Both the position numbers and the translations under genes were made by a program. From contig JALUTT010000152.1 of the NCBI GenBank assembly GCA_027021705.1, forward strand, positions 1 to 64,000: a stretch of DNA of 64,000 nt, given 5' to 3'. The first letter of the stretch is position 1; each line of letters opens with the position of its first letter. Below are positions 29,099 to 38,834 of the stretch, piece after piece. The stretch comes from Anaerolineae bacterium. Lineage in GTDB: Bacteria > Chloroflexota > Anaerolineae > S140-20. The notes beneath the pieces are model-generated. The model saw only the letters and a program-made list of their open reading frames with translations, made no database searches and was not told where the DNA came from.

Positions 29099-29671
29099 TC
29101 AGCGGACCACGGTGCCCATCAGGTAGAGGGCGGGGTAGAAGAAGACCCAGATCACGTCTACGTAGTGCCAGTAGATGGCACAGGCCTCCACGCCCCAATG
29201 GCGCTCGGAGGAGTAGTGGCCTTTACGTCCGTTGTTCCAGACGATGAGGATGAAGATGACGCCGCTCAGGACGTGGAGGGCGTGCATCCCCGTCATCCCG
29301 AAGAGCACCGCTCCGAAAGCTCCGTCCCAAGGCCGGATGTGGCCGCGCCACTCGAAGCCCACGACGCCGATGAGGAAGAGGATGCCCAGAGCGGCTGTGA
29401 TAAGGAGGCTGTTGAGGAAGGTCCTGCGGTCATCGTGGGCGATGGCCATCTCGGCCCGGTTCATGAAGAAGCTGCTGAGCAAGAGGATGGACGTGATGGT
29501 CAGGCCCAGCGTCTGGTCGAGTTCAGGGCGGGTGTTGCCCCACAGGTAGAAGCGGGAGACGAAGAGCCCGCCGAACAAGAAGGCTTCAGAGATGAAGAAG
29601 AGCCACAATCCCAAACGATTGTTGCGGAGCTGGTGTCGGTAGTCGGCCATCGTTGAGGCAATGGTGCTCAT
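29099..29671 (-). CDS. ctaE: Cytochrome c oxidase subunit III
   Basis: GLWLFFISEA.LF, TGMHALHV, YWHYVDVIW. Confidence 0.9.
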   Translation of the reverse strand: MSTIASTMADYRHQLRNNRLGLWLFFISEAFLFGGLFVSRFYLWGNTRPELDQTLGLTITSILLLSSFFMNRAEMAIAHDDRRTFLNSLLITAALGILFLIGVVGFEWRGHIRPWDGAFGAVLFGMTGMHALHVLSGVIFILIVWNNGRKGHYSSERHWGVEACAIYWHYVDVIWVFFYPALYLMGTVVR

Positions 29672-29916
29672 CCGTGTCCTCCCTCGTCAGACCAGAGCAG
29701 CGAGATGTGCATGTAGTACTGCAGGATCAGGCCGGCCTTGAAGAGGCCGATGATGAGTAGGGCGACAATGGCTGTGCCACTGCGTCCAACGGCGAACTCG
29801 ATGGCGGTCAGCACGGCCAGGGCGATTAGCACGATGGTTCCCAAGCGGTAGGCCGCTGCCCGTTTCTGGGCCAAGGCAGGTGTTGAAGGGGTCGTGCGTT
29901 TCTTTTCCAGTTCCAT
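29668..29916 (-). CDS. Cytochrome c oxidase subunit IV family protein
   Basis: LAVLTAIEF...KAGLILQYYMH. Confidence 0.8.
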   Translation of the reverse strand: MELEKKRTTPSTPALAQKRAAAYRLGTIVLIALAVLTAIEFAVGRSGTAIVALLIIGLFKAGLILQYYMHISLLWSDEGGHG

Positions 29917-29932
29917 TGGATCACCTCCAAGC

Positions 29933-31813
29933 TCACTCAGACGCCCCTGAGGGCGCAAACTGGATGTAGGTTGAACCGGGCAAGCCGTAGTCGTAAGGAT
30001 CGCCGACGACGACGAAGGGACGGGCGTAGCTGTGCTCGGGCACGGGCGAAGGGATCTGCCATTCGGGCGAGCGGGATCGCCAGGGGTTGGCCTCGGCCAC
30101 CTCGCCGGTCCGGGCGCTGCGCACCAGGTTGTAGAGCATCACAAGGATGGAGAGGCCGATGACGAAGCCGGCGATGGTGATGAGCAGATGGCCCGTCTCA
30201 ATGCCCAAGGCGGGGTCGTAGTCCACGATGCGGCGGCGCATCCCCTTCAACCCCACGTCCATCTGGACCAACGTCTGCACCCAGAAGGCGGGTGTCATCA
30301 GCCAGAAGTGGAGCTTGCCCAGGGTCTCGTTGTACTTGCGGCCTGTAACCTTGGGGAACCAGTAGTAGATGGCGGCGAAGAAGGGGAAGACGAAGCCTCC
30401 GAACATCGTGGCGTGGAAGTGACCGACGATCCAATAGGTGTCGTGCAGGAAGAGGTCGGTGGTCACGGTGCCATTGGGCGGGCCGCTCAGGCCACCGAGG
30501 AGGAAGACGGAAATGGCCCCTAGGACGAAGAGCATCGGGGTGGGGAAGGAGAGCTTGCCCTGCCATACGGTGGCCACCCAGCTGAAGAATTTGACGCCTG
30601 TAGGGACGGCTACCAGGAGCGTGCTATACATCATCGGCACGCGCAGGCCGGGGTCCATACCGGCGGTGAACATGTGGTGGGCCCAGACCAGGAAGCCGAC
30701 TAGCGCGATGGCCATGCTGGAGAGGGCAACCCATCGGTAGCCGAAGAGGGGCTTGCGGGCGAAGACGGGCAACAACTCGCTGATGATCCCCAGGCCGGGC
30801 AAGACGAAGATGTAGACCGCCGGGTGGGAGTAGAACCAGAAGAGGTGCTGGAAGAGGAGCACGTTGCCCGGCGGTGACCCTAGGGCGATGGCCTCAGGGC
30901 TCAGGTTCGGATTGAAGAAGCCCATCCCCAGCACCCGTTCGACCACCACCATCAGGAAGGAAAGGCCGATGAGCTGGGTGCCAGTCAGTTGGATGATGGA
31001 AGCGGCCAAGGAGGCCCAGACGAAGATGGGCATGCGGAAGAGGGTCATCCCCGGCGTGCGCATCCGCAGGATCGTGACGATGATGTTGATGGCCCCGAGA
31101 ATGGACGAGAGCCCGACGAAGTAGACCCCCAGGAGGAATAGGGGCGTTCCCAGCGGCGACTGAACGCTCAAGGGGGGATAGCCGGTCCAGCCGGTGTTCC
31201 ACCCGCCGACGAACATAGCTGCCACGACCAGGATGGCCCCGGGCACGTTGACCCAGTAGCCCAAGGCGTTCAGGCGGGGGAAGGCCATATCCGATGCTCC
31301 GATCATCAGGGGCACCAGGTAGTTCATCATCCCGCTGACGCCCAGCAGGATGGCGGCGATCATCACGATGCCGTGGGCACTGATCATCGTGTTGAAGGTG
31401 GGGGCGTCCAGGAACTGAAGGCCGGGCTGGGTCAGCTCTGTTCGGAAGATCCAGGCCAGCAGGCCGGCCACCAGCATCAAGGCGATGCCCGTGACCACGT
31501 ATTGGACGCCGATCACCTTGTGGCTGTAGTCCACGCTGAGGTAGCGGGTCCAGGCCGGCCGACCTTCCGGCGGTCCGTGGCGCATCGGCGTTTCCTCGCC
31601 TTTCACCCACTTGAACCAGTCGGTGAAAGCCCCGACGCCCACCAGGAAGCTGATGACTCCAACCAGGGCGCCTGCTACCATCACCGGCTCGGCGTTCCAG
31701 GCTGGCAGTCCCAACAGGACCCGGATGGCCATCGTGAGCGCCATACCGAAGGCGGTTCCGGCGGCCTGAGCGATCAGACCCCGAACCAGTCCTAGGGAGA
31801 GCAGTATCCTCAT
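29933..31813 (-). CDS. ctaD: Cytochrome c oxidase subunit I (A2 type)
   Basis: HG..M, GWTGYPP, FWFYSHPAVY (YS motif), WAHH, HFH. Confidence 0.95.
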   Translation of the reverse strand: MRILLSLGLVRGLIAQAAGTAFGMALTMAIRVLLGLPAWNAEPVMVAGALVGVISFLVGVGAFTDWFKWVKGEETPMRHGPPEGRPAWTRYLSVDYSHKVIGVQYVVTGIALMLVAGLLAWIFRTELTQPGLQFLDAPTFNTMISAHGIVMIAAILLGVSGMMNYLVPLMIGASDMAFPRLNALGYWVNVPGAILVVAAMFVGGWNTGWTGYPPLSVQSPLGTPLFLLGVYFVGLSSILGAINIIVTILRMRTPGMTLFRMPIFVWASLAASIIQLTGTQLIGLSFLMVVVERVLGMGFFNPNLSPEAIALGSPPGNVLLFQHLFWFYSHPAVYIFVLPGLGIISELLPVFARKPLFGYRWVALSSMAIALVGFLVWAHHMFTAGMDPGLRVPMMYSTLLVAVPTGVKFFSWVATVWQGKLSFPTPMLFVLGAISVFLLGGLSGPPNGTVTTDLFLHDTYWIVGHFHATMFGGFVFPFFAAIYYWFPKVTGRKYNETLGKLHFWLMTPAFWVQTLVQMDVGLKGMRRRIVDYDPALGIETGHLLITIAGFVIGLSILVMLYNLVRSARTGEVAEANPWRSRSPEWQIPSPVPEHSYARPFVVVGDPYDYGLPGSTYIQFAPSGASE

Positions 31814-31861
31814 AGTCATCTCCTCCTGCATTGTCTGTGGCGCAGCTTTCGAGGCTGCGTG

Positions 31862-33292
31862 CTACTGTCCCAGGCTCTGGATGTAAGCGATCAGGGCATC
31901 AATCTCTTCGGCAGAGAGCCGGTCCCCGTAGTCGGCAGGCATCACGTTGGCGGGGAAGCCTTGGACCAGGCGGGCGTTGGGGTCCACGATGGCTTCGCGG
32001 AGGTAAGCTTCGTCGGCCACCACCGTCGTCCCGTCGGCCAGGGTGCGTTCAGAGCCGTAGAGTCCCTGCCAAGTGGGGCCCACCAGGGTGGTGCCATCGG
32101 TGGAGTGGCATCCCAGACAGCCCTGGGTCGTGGCAATCTGAGCGCCCTGCTCGACCGGGGAGAGTTCGCCGGCGGGGGCGGTCTGGCCAGCGACCCAGGC
32201 CTCGAAGTCTGTCGGTTCCATCACGTTCACCTGACCCAGCATGTAAGCGTGTCCTGTACCGCACAGTTCTGCACAGCGCAGGACGTACTCGCCATCTTTC
32301 GTTGGCTTGATCCGCAGGGTCTTGACCTGTCCGGGCAGCGTGTCCTGCTTGATCCGAAACTCCGGCACCCAGAAGGAGTGGATGACATCCTGCGAGGTCA
32401 GTTTGAAAAGCACCTGGCGATCTCGGGGGAGGTTGAGTTCGTTAGAAGTGATGCCGTACTCTGGGTAGTCGAAGCGCCACCCGAACTGGAAGGCGGTGAC
32501 TTCGACGACCAGTTCCTGGGACTCCGGAGCGCCCATCTTGTTCAGGTCCTGGGCGGCCCAGGTGGCGAAGAAGAGGACGGTGCCCAGGGGCAGGAGGGTC
32601 CAGATCACCTCCAGCGTGGTGTTGCCCCGGATGTACGTTCCTTCTCCTTCCTCCCCCGGTCGGCGACGGAAGACCACGATGCTGTAGAGGATGAAGACGA
32701 CGATGAGGGAGAAGAGAAAGGCGATGACCAGGATTTGCCAGCGGAACATCCGGTCCACCAGCATCCCTTCTTCGCTGGCCAGAGGCGGCAGGAGAGGCAT
32801 CTGGCTCAACCCTGTGGCCACAATGGCCGTGACCGCTGCGACCAGCACTGCGACCGTGACAAGGTGTTTCATGTTGGCTCTCCTCCATTGACTGTGAGGG
32901 CTTGGCTCCTCCTTGGGCAAAGCCGGCGGTTCCTTCGCAAGTTCACCCTGCACCAAGGCTTCGCTGGCGACTCGAATGGCGTTCATCAAGTCTTCCAGCG
33001 TGGCCCGGTCCACCTGCCGTCGTTCGTAGACCTGCATTGAGCCGTCGGTGGGGCTGATCCGAATGAGGCAGGGTGCGACGTCCTCCAGCAGGCGGAAGGC
33101 GCTTTCCCGCATCTCCCCGGCTTCGGCGATGACCACCACCACGTCGGGAGAGAGGGTCCGCGCCGGCTCAAGGGCGGTTGTCGGATCGGGATACTTCCCC
33201 ACGACCTCCACCCCGGGTTGTTGATCCAGTGCTGTTCGGATCCCCTGGTCGAAGAGGGGGTATTGGGAGATGATGAGAATGCGAGAGCGCAT
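31862..33292 (-). CDS. ctaC: Cytochrome c oxidase subunit II with C-terminal cytochrome c (caa3), in frame with an N-terminal pseudo-receiver domain; probable main start at 32872
   Basis: DVIHSFW, CAELCGTGHAYM CuA motif, CLGCH heme motif; GGAGGA RBS before MKHLV (32872). Confidence 0.88.
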   Translation of the reverse strand: MRSRILIISQYPLFDQGIRTALDQQPGVEVVGKYPDPTTALEPARTLSPDVVVVIAEAGEMRESAFRLLEDVAPCLIRISPTDGSMQVYERRQVDRATLEDLMNAIRVASEALVQGELAKEPPALPKEEPSPHSQWRRANMKHLVTVAVLVAAVTAIVATGLSQMPLLPPLASEEGMLVDRMFRWQILVIAFLFSLIVVFILYSIVVFRRRPGEEGEGTYIRGNTTLEVIWTLLPLGTVLFFATWAAQDLNKMGAPESQELVVEVTAFQFGWRFDYPEYGITSNELNLPRDRQVLFKLTSQDVIHSFWVPEFRIKQDTLPGQVKTLRIKPTKDGEYVLRCAELCGTGHAYMLGQVNVMEPTDFEAWVAGQTAPAGELSPVEQGAQIATTQGCLGCHSTDGTTLVGPTWQGLYGSERTLADGTTVVADEAYLREAIVDPNARLVQGFPANVMPADYGDRLSAEEIDALIAYIQSLGQ

Positions 33293-33673
33293 CGTCAAAG
33301 CCTGGGAAGGCTGAGGAACACAGCGTATGCCGGATGTGAGAATCAGCCCTCTCGCAGGTCACGCGGTGGCCGGCGATAGCAACGGTCTATCAGAGGTTAC
33401 CTATGACGCGCTTGAGGCCGTGGGGAGGACCTGCGGGAGGGTCCAGGTGGTCCCATTATGCATGGAGAGGAGCGGATTGTCCATCCTCCCTCAGAGGGGT
33501 TGGGGGGATGATTCCGACCGGGGGAAGGGTGAGGAAGGGGTGAGGCCGGCTCATCCGAAAGGGTGAGGGGGATGGATGCCTAGGGCCGGCTTCCCAGGAG
33601 CGGGACCTTTTGGCGCAGGGATGTGGTATACTTCTTTCCCTCTACCCTCTCACTATGTACCCGGAGTACACTG

Positions 33674-34969
33674 ATGCACCAAGAACGGACACCGCCTTCG
33701 CGTCTGGCGTCATTGCAATACCGGGACTTTCGACTGCTCTGGTTGGGGCAGTTGGTCTCCACCACCGGCTCGCAGATGCAGCTCATCGCGGTCAACTGGC
33801 ACATCTACGAATTGCTCCGAGGGCAGACCTACATCCTCACGATCCTGGGGCGGGAGGTCAGGCTGGGAGCTGAGGCGCTGGGGTTGGGGACCCTGGGGCT
33901 GGTTCGCATCCTCCCTATCATCCTCTTCGCCCTCCTGGGCGGGATGGTGGCGGACACCCGGGACCGCCGTCGGGTGCTGATGGGAACCCAGAGCACGGCT
34001 GGGCTCTTCGCCCTTCTCCTGGCTGCCGTCACGCTCTCCGGCAACGCCAGCGTCCCTGTCGTCTACCTGCTCACCGCCGCCGGCGCGGCGACGGCTGCCT
34101 TCGACGAACCGGCCCGCCAGTCCCTGGTTCCCAACCTGGTGCCCCGCCGGCATCTGGCGAATGCGATCAGCCTCAACACGCTGCTCTGGTACGCCGCCAC
34201 CATCATCGGCCCGGCGCTGGCGGGGGTGTTGGTGGGCGCTTTCCAGGTGGGCTTGGTCTACGCCCTCAGCGCTCTGGCCTTCGGGGCCGGCCTCGCGGCG
34301 CTGATGCCGATGGGCTACCGGAGTGGGGCGGCTGCCCAGGGGACCCGGCTGGGCTGGCGGGCATTGGTCGAGGGATTGCGTTTTACCTATCGCTCCCGCA
34401 TCATTTGGAGCACGATGATGCTCGACTTCCTGGCGACCTTCTTCTCCTCGGCCCGCACGATGCTCCCCATTGTCGCGGGGGATGTGCTGGGGGTGGGCGC
34501 AGCGGGATACGGCCTGCTGGCTACGGCCCAGCCGGTGGGGGCTGTGCTCACCGGGGTGGTCCTCGCCTTGCGCCGGGAGATCCGCCGCCAGGGCCTGGTC
34601 CTACTCGTCAGCGTTGCCGTCTACGGTCTGGCCACGGCCCTCTTCGGTCTCTCTACAGTCTTTGCCCTTTCCTACCTCTTCTTCGGCATGACCGGCGCTG
34701 CCGACACCGTCTCCACCGTCATCCGGGGCACCATTCGGCAGCTGGTCACGCCGGATCACCTGCGCGGACGGATGACCAGCGTGAACATGATCTTCTTTAT
34801 GGGCGGACCCCAGTTGGGCGAGCTGGAGGCGGGCCTGGTGGCTTCCCTCTTTGGCGCTCCCCTCGCCATCGTCACGGGTGGCCTGGCGACGGTGCTGCTG
34901 ACGGGGTGGATCGCCTGGCGCTATCCCCAGTTGCGGCGCTACGCGGGTGGCCTTGCCGAGCAACCTTGA
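33674..34969 (+). CDS. MFS transporter (EntS/DHA3-like)
   Basis: RDFRLLWLGQLVS, GGMVADTRDRRR, P..LRGRMTS. Confidence 0.85.
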   Translation: MHQERTPPSRLASLQYRDFRLLWLGQLVSTTGSQMQLIAVNWHIYELLRGQTYILTILGREVRLGAEALGLGTLGLVRILPIILFALLGGMVADTRDRRRVLMGTQSTAGLFALLLAAVTLSGNASVPVVYLLTAAGAATAAFDEPARQSLVPNLVPRRHLANAISLNTLLWYAATIIGPALAGVLVGAFQVGLVYALSALAFGAGLAALMPMGYRSGAAAQGTRLGWRALVEGLRFTYRSRIIWSTMMLDFLATFFSSARTMLPIVAGDVLGVGAAGYGLLATAQPVGAVLTGVVLALRREIRRQGLVLLVSVAVYGLATALFGLSTVFALSYLFFGMTGAADTVSTVIRGTIRQLVTPDHLRGRMTSVNMIFFMGGPQLGELEAGLVASLFGAPLAIVTGGLATVLLTGWIAWRYPQLRRYAGGLAEQP

Positions 34970-35032
34970 CTTTTTCCCGTTTTTCGCTAAGCTATGGAGG
35001 CAAGAGGTCCAACCCCTTGGGAGGACAAGGAG

Positions 35033-35332
35033 ATGACCCGGCTCTTCCCCGACACCAGTCCAGAGGCGGAGGCGGTGCTGCTCGAGGGGCTGCGCCGGCT
35101 TCCCCCGTGGCGCAAGCTGGAGATGGTCGGTCAACTGAACCAGGCGATGCGCCAACTGCTGCTCATCGGACTGCGCCAGCGCTACCCTGAAGCCTCTCCC
35201 CAGGAGCTGCGCCGTCGTCTGGCCGACCTGCTGCTGGGTCCTGAGCTGGCCGCCCGCGTCTACGGCCCCTTGGAGGCCGCCGATGCCGACCGAACCCATC
35301 ACCATCACGCTCAAAGTGATCGAGGCGCTTGA
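35033..35332 (+). CDS. Small hypothetical protein, partner of the downstream nucleotidyltransferase
   Basis: DTSPEAE..RRLPP.RKL; RBS AGGAG; overlaps the next ORF. Confidence 0.6.
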   Translation: MTRLFPDTSPEAEAVLLEGLRRLPPWRKLEMVGQLNQAMRQLLLIGLRQRYPEASPQELRRRLADLLLGPELAARVYGPLEAADADRTHHHHAQSDRGA

Positions 35333-35861
35333 TCGGCTGGGCATTCCCTACCTGATCGGCGGTTCCTTGGCCAGCGCCATTTACGGTGTGGCTCGAACCA
35401 CGTTGGATGCCGATCTGGTGGCCGATCTGCGCCCGGAGCATGCCGCTCCTCTGGCCCAGGCCCTGGGGGAGGAGTTCTACGTAGATGGGGAAGCGATCCT
35501 CGACGCGGTCCGTCGCCGGGGCAGTTTCAACGTCATCCACCTGGAGACGATGTTCAAAGTGGACATCTTCGTGCGCAAGGATCGCCCTTTCGACCGGTCT
35601 CAATTTCGCCGGCGTGTCCTTCAGCCGATCTCGACCGATCCCGAACGGATGGCTTACGTTGCGTCCCCCGAAGACACCGTTCTGGCGAAACTGGAGTGGT
35701 ATCGGATGGGGCGGGAGGTCTCCCAACGACAGTGGCAGGACGTGCTGGGCATCCTGAAGGCGCAAGGGAAGCGTTTGGACTTGGCCTACCTACGGGATTG
35801 GGCGGAGACTCTGGGCGTAGCCGATCTTTTAGAAGCCGCTTTGTCCGAAAGGGAGAGGTGA
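35283..35861 (+). CDS. Nucleotidyltransferase-fold protein (putative TA component)
   Basis: IPYLIGGSLA..YG..RTTLDADLV; SPED.VLAKL. Confidence 0.7.
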   Translation: MPTEPITITLKVIEALDRLGIPYLIGGSLASAIYGVARTTLDADLVADLRPEHAAPLAQALGEEFYVDGEAILDAVRRRGSFNVIHLETMFKVDIFVRKDRPFDRSQFRRRVLQPISTDPERMAYVASPEDTVLAKLEWYRMGREVSQRQWQDVLGILKAQGKRLDLAYLRDWAETLGVADLLEAALSERER

Positions 35862-35893
35862 ACTTGGCAACGGGCGTCGCCAACCGGGGGAGG

Positions 35894-36871
35894 GTGACCG
35901 ACAAGGAGATGGGCCGCCGGCTGCTGTTGGGGCTCTTCTTCGGCTTTGTCGTCGTCCTCGGCCTCCTGTTCTACGCCGACCTGAGCGCCGTCCGTCACGC
36001 GCTGGGCCGATTCACCTGGGCCTATCTCCCGCTCATCCTGGGGCTGACGGCGATGAACTACCTGCTCCGTTTCGTCAAGTGGCATTACTACCTGCGGTTG
36101 GTGGGAGTGCGGGCTCTCTCCTGGCGGGAGAGCCTGGCTATCTTCCTGGCCGGCTTCTCGATGACACCCACGCCGGCCAAGGCGGGGGAGGCGGTGAAGG
36201 CCTATTGGCTCAAACAGATGGCCGGCACGCCTGTGGCCCGTACTCTACCGGTGGTGATGGCCGAACGGCTCAGCGATGGGCTGGCGATGTTGCTGTTGGC
36301 CTCCGCCGGCATCCTTGCCTATCCGGCCTATCGTCCCCTCTTCGCCGTCGTCCTGGGGGTGTTGGGGGCGGGCATCCTGCTCGTTCAGGCCCGGCCTCTG
36401 GCCCTGCGCCTGCTGATGCTGTTGGAGCGGCTGCCCCTGGTCGCCCGCTTCGGCCATAGCCTGCGGGCCTTCTACGAGAGCTGCTTCCGCCTGCTCCGCC
36501 TGCGGCCCCTCCTGCTGGCCGTGGGGCTGGGGACGATCTCCTGGGCCGGCGAGGGGGTTGCCTTCTACCTGGTGCTGGTCGGGTTGGGGCTATCGGCCTC
36601 TCCAACGTTGCTCTTTCAGGCCATCTTCATCCTGGCCTTCTCGACCATTATTGGTGCGGTCTCAACGCTGCCCGGTGGGCTGGGAGCGGCCGAGGTGAGC
36701 TTGGGCGCGATGTTGCAGCTTCTGGTTGGGCTGGAGCGAGGGCTGGCTGGCACGGCTACCCTGATGATCCGCCTGGGCACCCTCTGGTTCGGTGTCCTGT
36801 TAGGATTGCTGGTGCTGGCCCGGTACCACCGTCAGCTCTTCGGCGCGAGGGGAGTCCGTGGAGGCCGATGA
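35894..36871 (+). CDS. Lysylphosphatidylglycerol synthase TM / flippase-like membrane protein
   Basis: RFVKWHYYL, TP.KAGE..K, ERLSD, PGGLGAAE. Confidence 0.8.
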   Translation: MTDKEMGRRLLLGLFFGFVVVLGLLFYADLSAVRHALGRFTWAYLPLILGLTAMNYLLRFVKWHYYLRLVGVRALSWRESLAIFLAGFSMTPTPAKAGEAVKAYWLKQMAGTPVARTLPVVMAERLSDGLAMLLLASAGILAYPAYRPLFAVVLGVLGAGILLVQARPLALRLLMLLERLPLVARFGHSLRAFYESCFRLLRLRPLLLAVGLGTISWAGEGVAFYLVLVGLGLSASPTLLFQAIFILAFSTIIGAVSTLPGGLGAAEVSLGAMLQLLVGLERGLAGTATLMIRLGTLWFGVLLGLLVLARYHRQLFGARGVRGGR

Positions 36872-36935
36872 GGCTTCTGCGTCTCACCCTCTTTGGGTTG
36901 AGTGGCTTTGCTATCTGCTGAACGGGAGGTGACTT

Positions 36936-38102
36936 ATGACGACAACGGAACAACCCCAGCATTTCCCCTGTCCCCAATGTGGAGCCGAACTGAACTGGGA
37001 CCCATCTAGCCGAACCCTCTCTTGTGACTTCTGCGGCTACCAGCAGGCGGTCGGAGCCGATGAGCGCCCTGAGGATTTCGCCCGGCCCGCCATCAAGGAG
37101 CGCGACCTCTTTGCCTTCTTGCAGGAGAGCCAGGCGCAAAAGGCCCATGGTTATGGGGTGGAGACGAAGTCGGTCAAGTGCGAGAAGTGCGGGGCGACGG
37201 TGAGTGTGGATCCCAAGGTCACTTCGACGGAGTGCCCTTTCTGCGGTTCCAATCTGGTGCTGGAGCAGGCCCCCGACGAGGCCCTCATCCGGCCGGAATC
37301 CCTCATCCCCTTCCAGGTGGACCGGGAGACGGCGGTGCGCCGCTATCGGGAGTGGCTGGGCAAGGGGTGGTTCCATCCGGGTGACCTGAAGAAGCGGGCC
37401 GGCCAGTCCCGCATCTACGGCGTTTACCTGCCTTTCTGGACCTTCGATGCCCACGCTTCTTCGGATTGGCGGGCGGAGGCGGGCTATTACTACTACGAGA
37501 CGGAGACCTACTGGACGACGGAGGATGGCAAGCAGGTGCAGAAGACGCGCCAGGTGCGCCGGACGCGCTGGGAGCCGGCCTGGGGACGTCATGAGCAGTT
37601 TTACGACGATGTGCTCATCTATGCCACCCAGAGCGTCGAGCCCAAGCTGCTGGAGCGTATCTACCCCTTCGACACCAGCAAGCTGGTCCCCTACGATCCC
37701 CGCTACCTCTCCGGCTGGCAGGCGGAGCAGTACCAGATTGGACTGGAGGAGGGCTGGAAGCTGGCCGAGAAGCGGATCAAGGACAAGGAACGGGATGCTT
37801 GTGCCAAGCAAGTGCCGGGGGATACCTACCGCAACCTGCAGGTCAGCACCCGCCTTTCCAAGGTGACCTTCAAGCACGTGCTGCTGCCGGTTTGGATCGC
37901 GTCTTATCCCTATAAGGGCAAGGTCTACCGCTACTTGGTCAACGGCCAGACGGGGAAGATCTACGGCGAGAAGCCCATCAGTTGGATCCGGGTGGCCATC
38001 GCCGTCGTGGTGGTGCTGATCATCCTGGCCATTGTGGTCTACTTCCTCACACGCGGCGGCGGAGGCGGCAGCATGGGCTGGTTGCTGCTGGGGGCTGTCT
38101 GA
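36936..38102 (+). CDS. Zinc-ribbon membrane-anchored protein
   Basis: CPQCG, CDFCG, CEKCG, CPFCG; YLPFW; VNGQTGKIYG; C-terminal TM. Confidence 0.7.
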   Translation: MTTTEQPQHFPCPQCGAELNWDPSSRTLSCDFCGYQQAVGADERPEDFARPAIKERDLFAFLQESQAQKAHGYGVETKSVKCEKCGATVSVDPKVTSTECPFCGSNLVLEQAPDEALIRPESLIPFQVDRETAVRRYREWLGKGWFHPGDLKKRAGQSRIYGVYLPFWTFDAHASSDWRAEAGYYYYETETYWTTEDGKQVQKTRQVRRTRWEPAWGRHEQFYDDVLIYATQSVEPKLLERIYPFDTSKLVPYDPRYLSGWQAEQYQIGLEEGWKLAEKRIKDKERDACAKQVPGDTYRNLQVSTRLSKVTFKHVLLPVWIASYPYKGKVYRYLVNGQTGKIYGEKPISWIRVAIAVVVVLIILAIVVYFLTRGGGGGSMGWLLLGAV

Positions 38103-38144
38103 GGACGTGATGAGGTGTAGGCTGTCCCGACGGTAACAGCAGCT

Positions 38145-38816
38145 ATGGAGACCTGGCGAGTAGAGCTTCACGCCCACACGATCTACTCCCGGGACTGCCT
38201 GGTGACCCCGGAGCAGATTGTCGCGGCCTGCCGGCGGAAGGGGATCCACCGGATTGTCGTTACCGATCACAACACCATCGCCGGCGCTGTGCGAGCCAGA
38301 GAGCTGGCGCCGGCGATGGTGATCGTGGGCGAGGAGATCATGACGACGCAGGGGGAGTTGCTGGCCTTCTTCGTCGAAGAAGAGGTGCCACCGGGTCTCT
38401 CCCCCCAGGAGACCATCGCCCGGCTTCGGGCCCAGGGGGCGGTCATCAGCGTCTCCCACCCCTACGACCGGCTGCGCAAGGGGGCCTGGCGGGAGGAGGA
38501 CCTGCTGACCATCATCGAGCAGGTGGATGCGCTGGAGGTCTTCAACGCCCGCTGCATCTTCCCCTCAGACAACGCGCGGGCGCTGGCCATAGCCCAGCGC
38601 TATGACCGGCTCCAGACCGTCGGCTCCGATGCCCACACGACGCGGGAGCTGGGCCAGGCGCTGGTGGAGATACCCCCCTTCAACGGGCCGGAGTCCTTCA
38701 AGGCGGCCTTGGCTCAGGCCCGCTTCCATACCCGCCTTAGCTCTCCGTTCATCCACTTCGCCTCTACATACGCCAAGTGGGTCAAGCGGCTTGGAATCGG
38801 GTATGGAATCCGGTAA
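38145..38816 (+). CDS. PHP domain phosphoesterase
   Basis: LHAHT.YS.D, VTDHN, SHPY, GSDAH. Confidence 0.88.
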   Translation: METWRVELHAHTIYSRDCLVTPEQIVAACRRKGIHRIVVTDHNTIAGAVRARELAPAMVIVGEEIMTTQGELLAFFVEEEVPPGLSPQETIARLRAQGAVISVSHPYDRLRKGAWREEDLLTIIEQVDALEVFNARCIFPSDNARALAIAQRYDRLQTVGSDAHTTRELGQALVEIPPFNGPESFKAALAQARFHTRLSSPFIHFASTYAKWVKRLGIGYGIR

Positions 38817-38834
38817 TTCCTCCCTCTGGCGATC

